A stretch of DNA of 64,000 nt from Antedon mediterranea (Eukaryota; Animalia; Echinodermata), in the NCBI RefSeq assembly GCF_964355755.1, contig NC_092677.1:23423175-23487174 (forward strand). The letters are read 5' to 3'. Shown here one piece after another: positions 60,564-64,000 of the stretch (position 1 is the stretch's first letter; every line of letters begins with the position of its first letter). The position numbers were made by a program, and so were the translations under genes. A model generated the notes under the pieces. It was not told the origin of the DNA. It searched no databases and worked only from the letters and a program-made list of their open reading frames with translations.

Positions 60564-62582
60564 ATAGATGACAAATTTCGTTTTTGTAAAAGCACAAGTT
60601 AACGGAGTACTTACTCGAACGTTTCGATCTCTATCAGAGATCCTTCTCAACTGACTGCGGAGTGTTAATGCAGCTTGGTCATTCTTGACGTCATCTGTTG
60701 ATGACGTTGTACGCCTCCGGTTGTAGGTTGGAGAGTGGGAACCATGGTGAGCGACACTAATGTTTACGAACTGCTAAAACGTAATCCAACACAAAACTAT
60801 AAACGAAAAGTGGTCAACATCATAGGCAGGTTGTTCAAAGAAAAGAAAATCAACTACAGAGAGAAAGAATGGCTGTTTCCCACGGCTGAAATTGTACCTA
60901 GGTTGTATTGTCTTCCGAAGATACATAAACCAAATTGGCCATTAAGACTTATAGTAGATAACATCAACACCGTTTTTTACACCGTTGCACAATTCCTCAC
61001 CAAAATCCTGGGTCCGCTTGTCGGAAACACAGAACATCATGTAACTTACTCAGGAGAGTTGGCGAGTGAACTAAAAGAAATAATAGTCAAACCAAGTGAA
61101 ACATTTGTCTCGTTTGACGTAGTATCTCTGTTTACAAAAACACCAGTAGAAGAGGCCCTCAAAGTTGTCGAAAATCGCCTAACAACAGATCCGACACTTC
61201 TGGATAGAACTAAACTACATGTGACAGACATAATGGAGCTCCTCGGTTTAATTGTGAACAAAACCTATTTCTCGTTCAATGGTAACATTTATAGGCAAAT
61301 ACAAGGCATTGCTATGGGAAGCCCAATAAGTCCTATATTGGCGAACTTGTATCTAGAGTGGCTCGAACATCAAGCCATAAACACGGCACCCACTAACATC
61401 AAGCCTGTGTATTGGAAACGATACGTTGATGATGTATTAGCTATCATCCCCATAGGTACAGAACATACATTTAACACACATCTTAATAACATCGATATAA
61501 CTGACAATATCAAGTTCACCACAGAATCGATGACAAACAACACAATACCTTTCCTGGACATGCTCATCACACTCAATGACAATGGAACAGTTACCACCTC
61601 AGTCTATCGGAAGCCCACTCACACAGACCAATATTTACATTTCAACTCACATCATCCACTCGAACACAAACTGGGGCTTATAAACACGCTTGTGGACAGA
61701 GCTGAGAAGGTAGTGGGAGATATGGATTTGAGGAAAGTTGAGATGGATAACATCAAGAAAGCGTTACACAACTGCCAGTATCCAGAGTGGTCCTTCCAGA
61801 GAGTTATGGAAAACCGAAAAAGAAAAAAGAACAAAGGACACGAACCACAGAAGGAAAAGATCAAGATGCGAGGTAGCATAGGAATCCCCTATGTAAAAGG
61901 AATGGCAGAAAGAATACGACGCACTCTCTCCTATCACAATGTCGGAACCTATTTCCTACCCCAAAATAAAATCAAGAATAGCCTCGTCCACCCAAAAGAT
62001 AAAATCGAGAAGATGGATACATGTGGAGTAATCTACGAAGTCACCTGCCGCAACTGTCCACAAGTTTACATTGGGGAAACAGGGAGGGCATTACAAACAC
62101 GAATTAATGATCACAAAAAAAGATGTTACAACAAACACGGGGGGAGTAATGACTAGGGCCTCCAGAACATCCACATCTTCGATCATACACAAATCTGCCA
62201 TTACAGAACATGTCATAAAACACAATCATGTACCGAACTGGGAGGCTACCATCTTAACCAAAGAGCCTAAACGCAAAGACAGACAGATTAGAGAATCATT
62301 ACATATAAGGAGAAATAAAGAGAAGACCATGAACCGGGACACTGGAGCCCACGAACTCTCGCATTTGTACAATGATTTGATAGACACACCACCTGGCCGA
62401 GCCCCGCACAACCTCCAACCTACAACCGGAGGCGTACAACGTCATCAACAGATGACGTCAAGAATGACCAAGCTGCATTAACACTCCGCAGTCAGTTGAG
62501 AAGGATCTCTGATAGAGATCGAAACGTTCGAGTAAGTACTCCGTTAACTTGTGCTTTTACAAAAACGAAATTTGTCATCTAT
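60564..62582 (+). mobile_element. Penelope-like retroelement (PLE), 5'-truncated, with inverted pLTR arms
   Basis: RT + GIY-YIG ORF; 170-bp inverted repeat 60564-60733 / 62413-62582. Confidence 0.93.
60735..62481 (+). pseudogene. PLE reverse transcriptase + GIY-YIG endonuclease, 5'-truncated, with one frameshift at the A7 run 62115-62121
   Basis: YCLPKIHK, SFDVVSLFT, GIAMGSPISP, RYVDD, VYRKPTHTDQYL, VIY...C..C..VYIGETGR; the C-terminus (KSAITEH...NRDTG) continues in ORF 62071..62481. Confidence 0.9.
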
Positions 62583-63947
62583 TCTATTTATAGATGATTG
62601 TTTTAAAAGCAATGAATAGTAACAGATTTTCAGCGCCCTGAGCAAACATTTTGAAATGGCGCACTAGAAATGGAACGATTGATCGATTTCCAAAGTTGAC
62701 ATTACAGTCAGAAATATTATACTGTACCATTCCTCAGTGAAAATGTTATAATTTATGTTGCTCCAATAGTTGGATATGTTCCAGCATTTTACACATCATA
62801 CCATAATAAAACTTCACCTCTATGATACACTTCTTTGTAGTGCTAAAATCAAAACACCTGCCTTATCACTAACACCTTGATAATTGTACATACTGTACAC
62901 AAAGTAGTACATGGTGAATATCTACAGTACACAGTGTTCTCTGTTGTTCTATGAAATTTCACAAAGATGAACAGGAAAAGTAAAAAAAGCTAAAAAATGT
63001 ATTGGCATAGAATTATAACATTTAGACTAACAAGGCCATATACTGTACATGGCTGGAATCGCGTGCTCAAATTTGAGTTAGTGTTTACCGACCAACATAG
63101 TGAGCTGTATGAGGCTAAAAATAGATTGCTGCTGAAATTAAAAACTACAGTTAGTTGATCCCAATTAAGGAGACATCTTCGGACCAATTCCCTTAATAGA
63201 TATGCTCCGAAATTAGAGGTTGGCCAGTACAGTATAGTGTACAGTAAACATTTACTCCAGTTTCGTTTCATAGGGGTAAAAAAGGAGGGGGTGCAGTACT
63301 GCATCGCTTTGTGATGGTTTGACCCAACTTACAACTGCATTACATTATACAGTAGGAATTCGTTAGAGGTGCATAGGATTATATTTGGTCATATGGTAGT
63401 ATAAACAAAAGTAATCTCAGAATCAGAAAAAGTTTTTCCAATTAAAAAGCAAATTTTAGATTTATTAGCCAACACCTCTCTGGGCAAATCAAAAGATCTT
63501 TCAACACAAGTTTCTCACTGCAAATTCAGAAAAAAAAAATCTATTAAACTTTTCAACTTTTGATATATCCTAGGGCCAAGTCAGGTCAGTTTATGTAGTT
63601 TAACCAAAGCCTATGGCTGTTACTGTTAATTTAATCAAAAATGCACACAAGACAGAGCTTTCATCATGAACACAAAGTTATTCTGTGTTGGAAGGTAATT
63701 GTTCTTACCAAAGATCTTTACTAGATTACTTTTTCTTGACAACAATAGTTAAACGAAACATACTTATTATACTTTTATATCATATTATTTTGTAAGTACA
63801 GAACACTGTCGTACAAAAGAGTTCAATTTATATAAAAGCCTTGCCTACTGTACAGTACTGATATTTTGAAGTTCAAATTTAACAAATAATGATAAAGGAA
63901 TATGCCATATCTACAATAATATTTCTCAAAATTCATAAATAATATAA

Positions 63948-64000
63948 ACTAGAAAGCCACTCCGAGAGGGCATATCTCCGCCTACTGTAAAATTCTCTTA
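63948..64000 (-). mobile_element. Possible 3' terminus of another Helentron-like family, running off the window
   Basis: aaACTAG followed by imperfect hairpin gccactc-cga-gagggc; same architecture as the cluster ends. Confidence 0.35.

Noticed and set aside
61046-62411. Minus-strand ORFs over the Penelope element
   Set aside because: They are antisense shadows of the RT ORF.

Overview
This is AT-rich eukaryotic (metazoan, probably marine invertebrate) genomic DNA, mostly intronic or intergenic. It has two minus-strand spliced genes. The first is the 5' part of a kinesin-3 KIF28P/KLP-6-like gene: 14 coding exons traced in frame from ATG 25568 to 654, including 17-nt and 23-nt micro-exons and a 13.4-kb intron. 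The second is the last coding exon of a PSKH1-like Ser/Thr kinase (36716-37084), whose upstream intron spans the rest of the window. The most striking structure is at 42204-56517. It looks like a 1.5-kb tandem array but resolves into nine non-autonomous Helentron/Helitron-like elements of two subfamilies nested inside one another, with termini closing in exact last-in-first-out order. One of them is inserted inverted into its own near-identical donor. The window also contains a frameshifted Penelope-like retroelement with inverted pLTR arms, several hammerhead-ribozyme motifs, two probable P-element excision scars, 5S- and tRNA-derived SINEs, and many MITEs. All calls were made by eye, without database searches.
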